Position numbers and translations under genes: made by a program
Notes under the pieces: model-generated
What the model was told of the DNA's origin: nothing
Seen by the model: the letters and a program-made list of their open reading frames with translations, nothing else
Database searches by the model: none
Shown here: positions 20,626-33,044 of the stretch, one piece after another
How the letters are laid out: each line of letters begins with the position of its first letter
Numbering within the stretch: the first letter of the stretch is position 1
Assembly (NCBI GenBank): GCA_036261595.1
Contig: DATAKN010000118.1
Location: 3,326-67,325, forward strand
DNA from: Marmoricola sp.
GTDB lineage: Bacteria; Actinomycetota; Actinomycetes; Propionibacteriales; Nocardioidaceae
DNA length: 64,000 nt
Direction of reading: 5' to 3'

Positions 20626-20685
20626 GGTTCTCCTCCTCGTCAGAGGTGTGATCATCGGCGCCGGGCCCCGTCGGTCGGCCCGCCA

Positions 20686-20700
20686 TCCCGCTCACCGGTA
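20686..20700. promoter_or_regulatory. Regulon box 4 (TCCCGCTCACCGGTA) in a divergent promoter
   Basis: Between the SDR and CoA ligase genes; -10-like GAGACT at 20731-20736. Confidence 0.7.
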
Positions 20701-20766
20701 TGCCGGCGGCCGACCTCCCCGAGGGACGATGAGACTGACGCCACACCCGTGAGCGAAGGAGCAACC

Positions 20767-22410
20767 ATGACGACCACCAGCGACCCGCAGGCCGCCGCTG
20801 CCCAGGTGCTCGGGGCGCTGGTCGGACCCGGTGGCCCCTTCGAGATGATCGAGGAGGACGTGCTCGGCACTCGACTCCCGGTGTTCGTGCACCGCCGTCG
20901 CGCTCTCCACGAGCTGCTCGCCGAGTCGGTCGAGCACGGCGACCGCACCTACATCGCGACCGCCGACCGCCGGATCACCTTCGCCGACCACGCCGCGCAG
21001 GTGGCCTCGCTGGCCCGCGCCCTGCGCGAGGAGTACGGCGTGACGCCGGGCGACCGGGTCGCGATCAACGCGGCGAACAGCCCCGAGTGGATCACGACCT
21101 TCTGGGCCACGGTCTCGATCGGTGCGATCGCAGTCGCGTTCAACGCGTGGTGGTCACCCCGCGAGGTCGAGTACGGCCTCGAGCACTCCACGCCCAAGCT
21201 CGTGGTGGCCGACCGACGCCGGGTCGAGGCCCTGGCCGGAACGCCGGTCCCCGTGCTCACGATCGAGGAGGACGTGCCGCGCCTGGCGTCGGCGTACGCC
21301 GGGGCCGAGCTGCCGACCGCGGGCGTCGCCGAGGACGATCCGGCCGCGATCGTCTACACGTCCGGGACGTCCGGGCGACCCAAGGGTGCCGTGCACAGCC
21401 ACCGCAACCTGCTGGCCGTCGTGGAGTACCACCGGATGAACGACGCCCTGATGGCCGCGTTCGGCGATCCCACCGACCCGCGCGACCGCAGCTACCTGCT
21501 GGTGCTGCCGCTGTTCCACATCGCCAGCCTGCACAACCTCGCCGTCCCGCGCCTGGCGACCGGCAGCAAGGTCGTGCTGCACGAGGGCGCCTTCGACGTC
21601 GACCAGGTGCTTTCGCTGGTCGAGCGCGAGCGGGTGACGAACTGGGGGGCGGTCCCGACGATGGCCCGGCGCCTGCTCGAGCACGGGGACCTGTCGCGCT
21701 ACGACACCAGCTCGCTGCGTGCCTTCTCGCTCGCGTCGGCACCGTCGACTCCTGAGTTCCACCAGAAGCTGCGCGCCGGGCTGCCGTTCGCGAGCTCGCT
21801 GGTGAACAGCTACGGCCTCACCGAGTCCTGCACCGGCATTTCCGCGGCGACCCCGATGGACCTCGCCGAGCGACCCGACTCGTTGGGTCGACCGATCATC
21901 GGAGTCGAGGTCGAGATCCGCGGCGCGGACGGCCGGGCCGTGGAGACGGGCGTCGAGGGCGAGATCTGCGTGCGCAGCGTCTACAACATGGTCGGCTACT
22001 GGAACGACCCCGACGCCACCGCCCGCTCGATCCGCGCCGACCGCTGGCTGCACACCGGTGACATCGGCAGCCTCGACGAGCAGGGCAGACTCTCGCTCAG
22101 CAGCCGTCGGACCGACCTGATCATCCGGGGCGGGGAGAACGTCTACCCCGCCGAGATCGAGGGTGTGCTGATCGAGCACCCGGCGGTCGCCGAGGCGATG
22201 GTGCTGGGCATCCCGCACGAGGACCTCGGCCAGGAGGTCGCCGCGGTCGTCGTGCCGCGGGAGGGTGAGGACGTCACCGAGGACCAGCTGCGCGCGTACG
22301 TCGGCGAGCGGCTGGCCTACTTCAAGGTGCCGACCCACTGGCGCTTCACCCACACGCCGCTGCCGCGCAACGCCACGGGCAAGATCAAGCGGGCCGAGGT
22401 CCAGGCGTAA
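20767..22410 (+). CDS. Class I adenylate-forming enzyme (acyl-CoA ligase)
   Basis: [33 protein letters not shown] and PRNATGKI motifs. Confidence 0.9.
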   Translation: MTTTSDPQAAAAQVLGALVGPGGPFEMIEEDVLGTRLPVFVHRRRALHELLAESVEHGDRTYIATADRRITFADHAAQVASLARALREEYGVTPGDRVAINAANSPEWITTFWATVSIGAIAVAFNAWWSPREVEYGLEHSTPKLVVADRRRVEALAGTPVPVLTIEEDVPRLASAYAGAELPTAGVAEDDPAAIVYTSGTSGRPKGAVHSHRNLLAVVEYHRMNDALMAAFGDPTDPRDRSYLLVLPLFHIASLHNLAVPRLATGSKVVLHEGAFDVDQVLSLVERERVTNWGAVPTMARRLLEHGDLSRYDTSSLRAFSLASAPSTPEFHQKLRAGLPFASSLVNSYGLTESCTGISAATPMDLAERPDSLGRPIIGVEVEIRGADGRAVETGVEGEICVRSVYNMVGYWNDPDATARSIRADRWLHTGDIGSLDEQGRLSLSSRRTDLIIRGGENVYPAEIEGVLIEHPAVAEAMVLGIPHEDLGQEVAAVVVPREGEDVTEDQLRAYVGERLAYFKVPTHWRFTHTPLPRNATGKIKRAEVQA

Positions 22411-22419
22411 CGAGTCGAG

Positions 22420-23043
22420 TCAGCCGCGGGGGCGCTCGACGAACTTCGCCACGAAGACGGCGTCCGCGGACACGCAGACCTCGCCGCCGGCAGTGATCGT
22501 GCCGGAGGTGTGGATCTTCCGGCCGTCGGCCGACGTCTGCCGTGCGGTCACGACCAGCTCCTCGAACAGCGGCGTCGTGCGGTGGTAGCGCAGCGTCAGC
22601 GTGCCGGTCATGCCGCTCGGACCGGGGCCCCAGTGGTTGGCGACGCCGAGCGCGTGGTCGAGCAGCAGCGCCGAGATCCCGCCGTGCACGCAGCCGGGTG
22701 GGCCCTGGTAGGGCATGCCGAGCGTGACGCGTCCCCTGACGGAGCCGTCCTCGAGACCGTGGAGCCGCAGCGGCGGCGCCATCGCGTTCTCCGGACCGGT
22801 CACCGGGTCGTGGCGCGTGACGCCCTCGCCGGCCCACATGTCCACCAGTCGCTCGTGCCTACCGGGGGCGTGCTCGTCGAGGTGGTCCGCGACCTCGTCG
22901 AGCCGCCGGGCGACGTCGGTCATCTCCGCGGCACTGTTGCCGCCGGTGTGCAGCAGGGACGCGATCACCCGGCGGGCCGCTGCGACCGCGGCGTCGACGC
23001 CGTCGTTGCCCGGCGTGGCGGTGAGCTCCGGCTCGACCAGCAC
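22420..23043 (-). CDS. PaaI-family hot-dog thioesterase
   Basis: PVTGPENAMAPP, YQGPPGCVHGG, LLDHALG. Confidence 0.85.
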   Translation of the reverse strand: MLVEPELTATPGNDGVDAAVAAARRVIASLLHTGGNSAAEMTDVARRLDEVADHLDEHAPGRHERLVDMWAGEGVTRHDPVTGPENAMAPPLRLHGLEDGSVRGRVTLGMPYQGPPGCVHGGISALLLDHALGVANHWGPGPSGMTGTLTLRYHRTTPLFEELVVTARQTSADGRKIHTSGTITAGGEVCVSADAVFVAKFVERPRG

Positions 23044-23047
23044 GTCC

Positions 23048-25258
23048 TCACCGCCCGGGTTCGGGGTCGCGCGGCAGCCCCAGCAGCCGCTCACCGATGA
23101 TGTTGAGCTGGATCTCGGTGGTGCCGCCGGCGATCGTCAGGTTGCGACTGTTGAGGAACCACCAGGTCGAGTCGCCGCGCTCGATCTCCCCGTACGCCGC
23201 CGTGACGCCGCGCCACTCGGTCAGCAGCTCCCACACCTCCTGGATGTGGGCGGTGCCGATCACCTTGGCGACGCTCGACTCCGCACCCGGCTGGAGCCCG
23301 GAGACGGCGCGCAGCACGCTGCGGAGGCCGAACAGGCCGCCCGACTGCGCATCGGCGACGACCCGGCCCAGGACCGTACGCCGGTGCGCGTCCGGGGCGT
23401 CCCCGGCGAGGGCCACCAGCTGCTCGCCGGCCTGCCCGAGCGCGGAGCTGGTCGACATGGAGACCCGCTCGTTGGCCAGCGTCGTACGGGCGAGACGCCA
23501 GCCGTCACCGGGCGCGGCGACCAGCATGTCGTCGGGCACGAACACACCGTCGAGGAAGACCTCGTTGAACATGTGCTCACCGGTCAGCTCGCGCAGCGGG
23601 CGGATGTCGATGCCTGGGGAGCGCATGTCCAGCACGAAGTAGGACAGGCCCCGGTGCTTGGCGACCGTCGGGTCGGTGCGGGCCAGCAGGATGCCGAAGT
23701 CGGACTCGGTCGCTCCCGACGTCCACACCTTCTGGCCGGTGATCCGCCAGCCGCCTTCGACCTTCTCGGCGCGGGTGGTGAGGCTGGCCAGGTCGGACCC
23801 GGCACCCGGCTCGCTGAACAGCTGGCACCACACGAGGTCACCACGCAGGGACGGCGGGACGAACCGCTCCTGCTGATCCGGCGACCCGTGCTCGAGCAGG
23901 GTCGGCAGGACCCAGTTTCCGATCACCATGTCGTGCGGGGTCAGACCGGCGTGGCGCAGCTCCTCGGCGATCACCAGCTGGGTGACGGCATCCGCGCCCT
24001 TGCCCCACGGCTCGGGGTAGTGCGGCGCGGTGTAGCCGTGCTCGGCCAGGTAGCGCACCCGGTCCTTGCCGTCGAGCGCCACGGCCGGCGCAAGCTCGGC
24101 CCGCACCGACTGGCGCACCTGCTCGGCCTCCGGAGGCAGCTCGGCGCTGAGCTCACGGCGTACGCCGGCCAGGGTGAGGTCGGCGACCCGCCGCTGCCAG
24201 CTGTCGGGGCCACCGATCAGAAGCCGGGTGCTGTGCGCGCGCCGGAGGTAGAGGCCGGCGTCGTGCTCCCAGGTGAAGCCGATGCCGCCGAGGACCTGGA
24301 TGCAGTCCTTCGCGTCCGCGAGCGCTGACTGCGGGGCGACGGCGGCGGCGACGGCCACGGCGAGCGAGGCTTGATCACGTCCGATCCGGCCGACGCGCTC
24401 GTCGTCGAGAGCACGCACGGCGTCCCAGGCGCAGACCCGCGCCTGCTCGGCCCGCGCGAGCATCCGGGCGCAGCGATGCTTCACGCCCTGGAACTGACCG
24501 ATCGGGCGGCCGAACTGCTCGCGGACCGCGGCGTACTCCGCGGCTGTTGCGGTGGTCCAGTCGGCCACACCGGACGCCTCGGCTGCCAGCAGAGCGGCGG
24601 CCAGGTCGCGCGGCAGCTGCTCGTCGACGGCGAGCACCACGTCGCCGGACAGCGACCGGTCGACCGAGACCGCACCCAGCCGACGGGTCAGGTCCAACCC
24701 GCCGGGGTCCTCGACGGTGAGGACGGCACGGTCGAGGACCACCCAGGCAGCGGCACCGTCGATCTCGACCGGCAGCACGACCACGTCGGCGAGCGGCCCG
24801 CCGAGCGCGGGTCCACTCGTGCCGGTGAGGTGCACCTCGCCGTCCGCGGTGCGGCGCCCCGTCAGGTCGCCGCGCTCGAGCGCGATGGCGCCGACGAGGT
24901 CGCCGGCAGCAAGCCCCGGCAGGTGCTCGCTGCGGGAGGCGGCGGACAGCACGGCACTGACCAGCACGGTGGGAAGGAACGGGCCCGGCGCAACGGCCCG
25001 GCCGAGCTCCTCGGCGACGACGGCCGCCTCGACGAGCCCGTAGCCGGCACCGCCGTACTCCTCGGCCAGGTGCAGGCCCAGGAGGCCCTGGGCGGCGAGC
25101 TCGCCCCAGAATGGCGGCAGCTCGGAGGTCTTGGCGTCCACCGCAGCCCGGACGACCGCGGGCGGGACGTGCCGGCGCGCGAGCTCGCGCACGGAGTCGC
25201 GCAGTGCGTGGTGCTCCTCGGAGAGCCCGAGGCAGCCGGACCCGAGGGTGCCGGCCAC
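23048..25258 (-). CDS. Double-domain acyl-CoA dehydrogenase (FadE34/ChsE3/CasC-like)
   Basis: Two fused ACAD modules: REQFGRPIGQFQGVKH, then WCQLFSEPGAGSDLA and IAGGTTEIQLNIIGERLLGLP. Confidence 0.88.
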   Translation of the reverse strand: MAGTLGSGCLGLSEEHHALRDSVRELARRHVPPAVVRAAVDAKTSELPPFWGELAAQGLLGLHLAEEYGGAGYGLVEAAVVAEELGRAVAPGPFLPTVLVSAVLSAASRSEHLPGLAAGDLVGAIALERGDLTGRRTADGEVHLTGTSGPALGGPLADVVVLPVEIDGAAAWVVLDRAVLTVEDPGGLDLTRRLGAVSVDRSLSGDVVLAVDEQLPRDLAAALLAAEASGVADWTTATAAEYAAVREQFGRPIGQFQGVKHRCARMLARAEQARVCAWDAVRALDDERVGRIGRDQASLAVAVAAAVAPQSALADAKDCIQVLGGIGFTWEHDAGLYLRRAHSTRLLIGGPDSWQRRVADLTLAGVRRELSAELPPEAEQVRQSVRAELAPAVALDGKDRVRYLAEHGYTAPHYPEPWGKGADAVTQLVIAEELRHAGLTPHDMVIGNWVLPTLLEHGSPDQQERFVPPSLRGDLVWCQLFSEPGAGSDLASLTTRAEKVEGGWRITGQKVWTSGATESDFGILLARTDPTVAKHRGLSYFVLDMRSPGIDIRPLRELTGEHMFNEVFLDGVFVPDDMLVAAPGDGWRLARTTLANERVSMSTSSALGQAGEQLVALAGDAPDAHRRTVLGRVVADAQSGGLFGLRSVLRAVSGLQPGAESSVAKVIGTAHIQEVWELLTEWRGVTAAYGEIERGDSTWWFLNSRNLTIAGGTTEIQLNIIGERLLGLPRDPEPGR

Positions 25259-25259
25259 C

Positions 25260-27497
<2,238 letters not shown>

Positions 27498-27647
27498 CGC
27501 GGTCGACCGCGGCAGGGAGCCGCCAGTCCCGACAACTCCGTGCGGAGGCGTACGCGGCGTGCGAGGCTACTGTCGGTTTGTCCACGTGGCACGGGTCGAC
27601 GCGTGCCTTGACCGGGGTGGACGCCTGCGGGTTGGAGGGGGCCGTGG

Positions 27648-29423
27648 ATGACCGAGTTCCGGCACCAGGCCTCTGCGCCTTCGGACTTGTGGCGGCGCTG
27701 GCGGGCCGATCGCGGATCGCGAGCCGTCATCGGGATCGCCGTTCTCCTGGCGGTCTACCTGGCGTGGCAGATCTTCGGTTGGGGCGGCCCCACCCATCGA
27801 GAGACGATCGGTGACGCCGCCTTCTGGCCGGTGAACGTCACGTCCCTGGTGCTGGCGCTCCGGGTCGCCCGGGCGAAGCCGTTCAGGCCGGAGGTACGCC
27901 GGGCGTGGCTGTTCATCGGTCTCGGCCTGCTGGCCTACCTGGTCGGCAGCATCATGCAGTTCTACTACGAGGCGGTGCTGCACACCCGGCCGTACCCGAC
28001 GTACGCGGATGTGTCCTACCTGGCGTTCTACCCGCTCCTTCTCGTCGGCATCTGGCAGCTGCCACGTGCGCGGTTCCAGGGCTTCGCGATCATTCGTGTC
28101 GTTCTCGACGCGGCCGCGATGGTGGTCGCCGGTGCCGCGGCGGTGTGGTACGTCACCCTGGCCTCGGCCACGGAATCAGGCGGCACCCTGCTCGCGCTCG
28201 TGGTCTCCGTCGCCTATCCGTGCGGAGACCTCATCCTGGTCATGGCGCTGACCGCCCTGGCCGTGCGCACTCGCCGGCTCCTCGGCTCCTGGGCGCTGAC
28301 GCTGGTCAAGGCCAGCCTGGTGCTCTACATCCTCTCCGACATCATCTATGGCCGCATGGCCCTGGAAGGCACCTACGCCGGTGGTTCGTGGCTGGACACC
28401 GGGTACATCTTCGCGCTCGCGATGCTGGGTGCCGCGGCGAACGAGCAGTTCCGCGTCGCGACCTCGGGCCTGTCCCCCGGTGAGGCGCGTCACTCCGAGG
28501 GTGGGTTCTTCTTCCTTCCCTTCGTGGCCACGACGGTGACGTTCGGGTTCGCGGTGGTCTCGTCCAGGAGCGACGGACGACTCGAGTTCGGGAGCCTGGC
28601 ACTGCTGGGTGCCGCACTCGTGATCGCGCTGGCACGGCTGCACTGGTCCACGCTGGACAGCCGACGCAATTACCAGGCCGCCGAACGAACCCGGTCGGAG
28701 TTCTTCGCCACGGTCTCCCACGAGCTGCGGACGCCGCTGACCTCCATCCGTGGCTTCTGCGAGCTCCTCGCCGAGTCCGACGACGTGACAGGCGAAGCTC
28801 GGGACTTCGTCCGGATCGTCCAACGCAATGCGATGCGAGAAGAGCGGATCGTCGCCGACCTGCTCTTCCTGAGCTCCACCGATTTCCTGCAACACATGGA
28901 GACGACGGAGACCGACCTCGTCCAGATCGTCGGTGACGCGGTCGGATCGAACGCGCCCATCGCCGACGAGGCGGAGATCGCTCTCCACTGGGAGCCACCC
29001 GACCACGGGGTGCTCGTACACGTCGACCCGCAACGCATGGGCCAGGTCATCGACAACCTGCTCACGAACGCCATCAAGTTCTCCGACCGGGGCGCGCCGG
29101 TCCGGGTGAGCCTCGAGGTCACCTCCACGACGGCATCGGTGAGAGTGCGGGACCGCGGGCCGGGCGTCCCGGAGGAAGAGAGGGAGCGCATCTTCGATCG
29201 GCTCTATCGCGGACAGTTCGCCCACGAGAACGTGATCCCCGGCGCTGGGCTGGGACTCCCGATCGCTCGCGAGATCGTCGAGGCGTTCCACGGCTCCATC
29301 GCCCTGGAATCCCACGACGGACCCGGCGCCGTGTTCCGGATCGACCTCCCCGTTGTGGGCGTTCGTCCGGCGGCGCCACCGCCCGACTCGCCCGCGACCG
29401 CGGTCGACTCGTCCGCCAGATGA
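27648..29423 (+). CDS. Membrane sensor histidine kinase (orphan)
   Basis: Multi-TM N-terminus; H-box SHELRTPLT, N-box NLLTNAIKF, DRGPG and GAGLGL. Confidence 0.9.
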   Translation: MTEFRHQASAPSDLWRRWRADRGSRAVIGIAVLLAVYLAWQIFGWGGPTHRETIGDAAFWPVNVTSLVLALRVARAKPFRPEVRRAWLFIGLGLLAYLVGSIMQFYYEAVLHTRPYPTYADVSYLAFYPLLLVGIWQLPRARFQGFAIIRVVLDAAAMVVAGAAAVWYVTLASATESGGTLLALVVSVAYPCGDLILVMALTALAVRTRRLLGSWALTLVKASLVLYILSDIIYGRMALEGTYAGGSWLDTGYIFALAMLGAAANEQFRVATSGLSPGEARHSEGGFFFLPFVATTVTFGFAVVSSRSDGRLEFGSLALLGAALVIALARLHWSTLDSRRNYQAAERTRSEFFATVSHELRTPLTSIRGFCELLAESDDVTGEARDFVRIVQRNAMREERIVADLLFLSSTDFLQHMETTETDLVQIVGDAVGSNAPIADEAEIALHWEPPDHGVLVHVDPQRMGQVIDNLLTNAIKFSDRGAPVRVSLEVTSTTASVRVRDRGPGVPEEERERIFDRLYRGQFAHENVIPGAGLGLPIAREIVEAFHGSIALESHDGPGAVFRIDLPVVGVRPAAPPPDSPATAVDSSAR

Positions 29424-29444
29424 GCAGGCGTTGAGTCCCGGACC

Positions 29445-30221
29445 TCAGTACTGGGCGGCCGGCCGCAGGCTGGCCTCGGCACCACCGTCGACGTAGAGCA
29501 CCTGGCCGGTCACGTGTGTCGTGCCGGCGTCGACCAGGAACGCCAGCACCCGCGCGACATCGGCCGCCTCGGCGTACCCGTGCAGCGGCATCGGCACGGC
29601 CCGGTCCATGACCTCCTTCATCCGAGGGTCCTCGAAGAGCCCGGCGGACATGGGGGTCCGCACGACGCCCGGGGCCACCACGTTGACCGCGATGCCGGCA
29701 TCGGCCCACCCCGGGGCGACGCTCGTACGACGCGCCCACTGGGCGATCGCCGACTTCGACGACGGGTAGAGCTGGTGGGTCCGGCCGCCGGCGACCGCGA
29801 CGCGTGCTGCCTCGAGCGCGCCGGCCTCGTCACCACGCAGGCACGCCGCCACGACCTCCTCGTCGGCCGGCTGGGTGCCGGAGATCGAGCCGACGAGCAC
29901 CACTCGTGGGGCGCTCGATCGCGCGAGCAGCGGTCGCAGGCCGTCGACGACGGCTGTGGTCCCGAAGACGTTGACGGTCACCATGGCCTCGCCCGGCACC
30001 GACGTACCGGCGCACGTCACCACCCCGTCGACCACGCCGTCGGCGAGCCCGTCCACGGCCCGGACGGCGGCGGACCGGCCGGCGGCGGTCGAGAGGTCTG
30101 CGTCGACCTCCGCACCGGCCAGGTCCACACCGATGACGCGGTGGCCCTCGGCGAGGAGCAGCGAGCACAACGCGGCTCCGATTCCGGAGCTTGCTCCGGT
30201 GACGACGACGGTGCGGGACAT
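29445..30221 (-). CDS. SDR, 3alpha-hydroxysteroid dehydrogenase-like
   Basis: TGASSGIG, ADLST, VNVFGT and YPSSK; has the insertion typical of 3alpha-HSD/carbonyl reductases. Confidence 0.75.
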   Translation of the reverse strand: MSRTVVVTGASSGIGAALCSLLLAEGHRVIGVDLAGAEVDADLSTAAGRSAAVRAVDGLADGVVDGVVTCAGTSVPGEAMVTVNVFGTTAVVDGLRPLLARSSAPRVVLVGSISGTQPADEEVVAACLRGDEAGALEAARVAVAGGRTHQLYPSSKSAIAQWARRTSVAPGWADAGIAVNVVAPGVVRTPMSAGLFEDPRMKEVMDRAVPMPLHGYAEAADVARVLAFLVDAGTTHVTGQVLYVDGGAEASLRPAAQY

Positions 30222-30244
30222 GGCAGCCTCCTCGGCTCGGGTTC

Positions 30245-30991
30245 TCAGATGTGCGAGCCGCCGTCGACGCGCACTTCCGCGCCGGTCAGGTACGACGCGT
30301 CGCGCGACGCGGCGAACGCAATGACCCCGGCGATCTGCTCGGGGTCGGCCGGTCCCATCAGCGAGCGGATCCGGCCGAAGTAGCTCGGGTCGAGCCCGTC
30401 GGGAAGCCCACCCGCGACCAGCGGCGTCGTGACCTGCCCCGGCGACACCGGAACCACGCGGATGCCACGCCCGACCAGCTCGGCCGCCAGGCTGAGCGAG
30501 AACGACAGCACGGCGCCCTTCGACGCGGAGTAGGCCGTCATGTAGGGATTCCCGTGGGCCGCGGAGCTGGAGGCGACGTTGACGATCACGCCACTGCCGT
30601 CGGGGAGGTGGCGCAGCGCCTCGCGGCACACGACCGCGGTGCCGACGCAGTTGACCTCGAACAGCTCACGCAGGTCCTCCACCGCGAGCTGCTCGATGGG
30701 CGTGGTGCGATGGGCGCCCGCCACGTTGACGAGGACGTCGATGCCGCCGAGAGTCTCAGCCGCGACGGCCACGGCGGACTCGACCGCCGGATGGTCGGTG
30801 ATGTCCACGGTCGCCGTCAGCACCCGGCCGGGACCGCCGGTCGCGGACCACACGAGCTCGTCGAGGCCCTCGGCGTCGCGGTCGAGCGCGAAGAGCGCCG
30901 CTCCCTCGCGAAGCAGTCGGGCGGCAGTGGCGCGACCGATCCCGGAGGCCGCACCCGTCAGGAGGACGTTCGTGCCGCTGAACCGGAGCAT
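30245..30991 (-). CDS. SDR-family oxidoreductase
   Basis: TGAASGIG and YSASK; ATG 30991 lies 7 nt after -10 TACAGT (leaderless). Confidence 0.88.
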   Translation of the reverse strand: MLRFSGTNVLLTGAASGIGRATAARLLREGAALFALDRDAEGLDELVWSATGGPGRVLTATVDITDHPAVESAVAVAAETLGGIDVLVNVAGAHRTTPIEQLAVEDLRELFEVNCVGTAVVCREALRHLPDGSGVIVNVASSSAAHGNPYMTAYSASKGAVLSFSLSLAAELVGRGIRVVPVSPGQVTTPLVAGGLPDGLDPSYFGRIRSLMGPADPEQIAGVIAFAASRDASYLTGAEVRVDGGSHI

Positions 30992-31034
30992 GCCGGCGAC
31001 TGTAGGAACAGCGACCGCGGCCGGCTGGAGCGCG

Positions 31035-31049
31035 TCCCGGTCACCGGGA
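31035..31049. promoter_or_regulatory. Regulon box 6 (TCCCGGTCACCGGGA)
   Basis: Perfect palindrome 44 nt from ATG 30991; overlaps the tetR stop codon. Confidence 0.8.
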
Positions 31050-31661
31050 GGTCGCTGCGTCCCGGCCGAGCTCGGCGAGCAGCAACCGGCAGGCGAGCAG
31101 CGTGTCCTCCTCGGCCTCGGCCGCACTGATGTGGCCGTTGAGCTCGGAGATCAGGCTGCCGTACCAGGTCTGCTCGATGATCCGCAGCAGCCGGCGGTCA
31201 TGGGGCGTGGGCGAGTCGATGCCGGCGACCCGCAGCATCAGGTCCGCGAAGGCGCCGGTCACCGCCAGCGCCGGCGAGTCCCCGGCCACCGTGGCGTTGT
31301 TGGACTGCAGCATCGCCTGGGCCAACAGCGGCCGCTCGAGCAGGCGTCGGCCGGCCTCGACCAGCATCTGCCCGACCGCGTCCGCCGGCTCCTGGCCCGG
31401 CTGACGCTTGGGGACGGTGCGGTCGAGTCCCTCGACCTGGCTGTGCAGGAGCGCGGTGAACAGCACGGTCTTGGAGGGGAAGTACCGGTAGAGCGTCGCG
31501 ATCGCCACGTCGGCGTCCTTGGCGACGTCGAGGATCTGGATCCGGTCGAGCCCGTAGCGGGCCCCGTGGTCGGCTGCGGCACGGAGGATCCGCCGGTAGC
31601 GCTCCTTCTGGCTCGGCGAGCTCGGCTGGGCGGGCGCCCGGCCGTCGGAGACTCTCGGCAC
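31041..31661 (-). CDS. TetR-family regulator, KstR-like
   Basis: QKERYRRILRAA...DVAKDADVAIATLYRYFPSK resembles the KstR N-terminus. Confidence 0.85.
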   Translation of the reverse strand: MPRVSDGRAPAQPSSPSQKERYRRILRAAADHGARYGLDRIQILDVAKDADVAIATLYRYFPSKTVLFTALLHSQVEGLDRTVPKRQPGQEPADAVGQMLVEAGRRLLERPLLAQAMLQSNNATVAGDSPALAVTGAFADLMLRVAGIDSPTPHDRRLLRIIEQTWYGSLISELNGHISAAEAEEDTLLACRLLLAELGRDAATSR

Positions 31662-31741
31662 CTCTCACCCCCTGCGACGACGTCGTGTCATGGTCACCAT
31701 CCCACGCCGCGTCCGACCGCAGCGCCACCTGGCCTGTGTGA

Positions 31742-32905
31742 TCAGACGAGGTCGTCCTCGACCGGCAGCCCGAACGCCGAACGGCCGTAGAGCGCCAGCG
31801 CCCGCTCGACGTCGTTGGCGACGTGGACGCTGCCTGCGTGGGCGTCGCGCCAGGCTCTCTCGATCGGGTTGCCGCGCTTGAGCGAGTTGCCGCCGGCGGT
31901 CTTGAACAGCAGGTCGATCGCCTCGAGCGACCGCTCGGTGGCTCGCACCTGGTCGCGCCGGGCACGCAGGCGCAGCTCCCACGGGATGTCGCGTCCCGCG
32001 GTCGCGCAGGCATGGAGCTCGCGGATGTTGCGGTCCAGCTGCAGGATCGCGGCATCGATCTCCGAGGCGGCCCGCGCGACGGCGACCTGCGCGAACTGGT
32101 CCTCGGCGAACCGGCCGCCGCCGAGGCTGAGCCGCACTCGGTCCCGCATCGCGGTGATGTAGGCGTCCAGGCAGCCGGCGACCGCGCCCACCACGGGTGC
32201 CGTGATCGCGGTGGTGAAGATCGCGCCGAACGGCAGCCGGTACAGCGGACCAGCGTTGACGGCCTGGCCGGGGCCGCGGAGCCTGGAGTGCTCGAAGTTG
32301 CGGAACGTGCGGTGTGCGGGGACGAACACGTCCGCCACGATGATGTCGTTGCTGCCGGTGCCACGCAGCCCGACGGGGTCCCACACGTCGGCGACCTCGT
32401 AGTCGGTGCGCGGCACCAGCACGGTCATGAAGTCGACCGGCTTGCCCTCGGCGCCGAGGAGCATCGCGCCCAGCAGCGCCCACCGCGCGTGGTTGCATCC
32501 CGACGAGAAGCTCCACCGTCCGCTCATCCGGAAGCCGTCCTCCTCCGGCACGAGTCGCCCCATGGGCGCGTACGCCGAGGAGATCAGCACGTCGGCGTCG
32601 TCGCCCCAGACCTCGTCCTGCGCCTCGCCGGAGAACAAGCTGAGCTGCCAGGGGTGCACGCCGAGCACGGACGCGACCCAGCCGGTCGACCCGCACACGC
32701 CCGAGATCGCGCGGACCACCTCGTAGAAGTCGGCCGGGTCGCCCTCGAGGCCGCCGTACCGACGGGGCTGGAGCATCCGGAACACTCCTGCCTCGCGCAG
32801 CTCTGCCACGGTCTCCTCGGAGATCCGGCACGCCTCGTCGGCGCGGGTCGCGCGCTCGGCGATCGCCGGCAACAGCCCGCGGACGGCTTCGAGAACCTCG
32901 TGCAT
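31742..32905 (-). CDS. hsaA: Flavin-dependent seco-steroid (3-HSA) hydroxylase, oxygenase subunit
   Basis: MLQPRRYGG, GVHPWQL, SSAYAPMG, WSFSSGC, RARRDQVRATER, WRDAHAG. Confidence 0.88.
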   Translation of the reverse strand: MHEVLEAVRGLLPAIAERATRADEACRISEETVAELREAGVFRMLQPRRYGGLEGDPADFYEVVRAISGVCGSTGWVASVLGVHPWQLSLFSGEAQDEVWGDDADVLISSAYAPMGRLVPEEDGFRMSGRWSFSSGCNHARWALLGAMLLGAEGKPVDFMTVLVPRTDYEVADVWDPVGLRGTGSNDIIVADVFVPAHRTFRNFEHSRLRGPGQAVNAGPLYRLPFGAIFTTAITAPVVGAVAGCLDAYITAMRDRVRLSLGGGRFAEDQFAQVAVARAASEIDAAILQLDRNIRELHACATAGRDIPWELRLRARRDQVRATERSLEAIDLLFKTAGGNSLKRGNPIERAWRDAHAGSVHVANDVERALALYGRSAFGLPVEDDLV

Positions 32906-32947
32906 GCCCCCACGATGCGCCGGATCAGGGCTGCGGTCCGGACGCCT

Positions 32948-32962
32948 TACCGGTCAGTGGGA
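32948..32962. promoter_or_regulatory. Regulon box 7 (TACCGGTCAGTGGGA), hsaA/kshA divergent promoter
   Basis: 43 nt from hsaA ATG 32905; -10-like CAGACT at 32993-32998 toward kshA. Confidence 0.75.
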
Positions 32963-33044
32963 CTCGAACGGTCGCTGCCATGCCCCGCGGCGCAGACTCG
33001 CGGGCACCACCCGGGAGCCGGGACGCAGCAGACGAGGAGGTCCG

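Noticed and set aside
27498-29410. CGCGGTCGAC near both ends of the histidine kinase region as a target-site duplication
   Set aside because: A short GC-rich word expected by chance; the second copy is inside the coding sequence; no mobile element genes are present
31041-33044. Canonical KstR/KstR2 operators
   Set aside because: No convincing TnnAACnnGTTnnA or KstR2-type box was seen by eye in the cluster intergenic regions; a formal scan was not run
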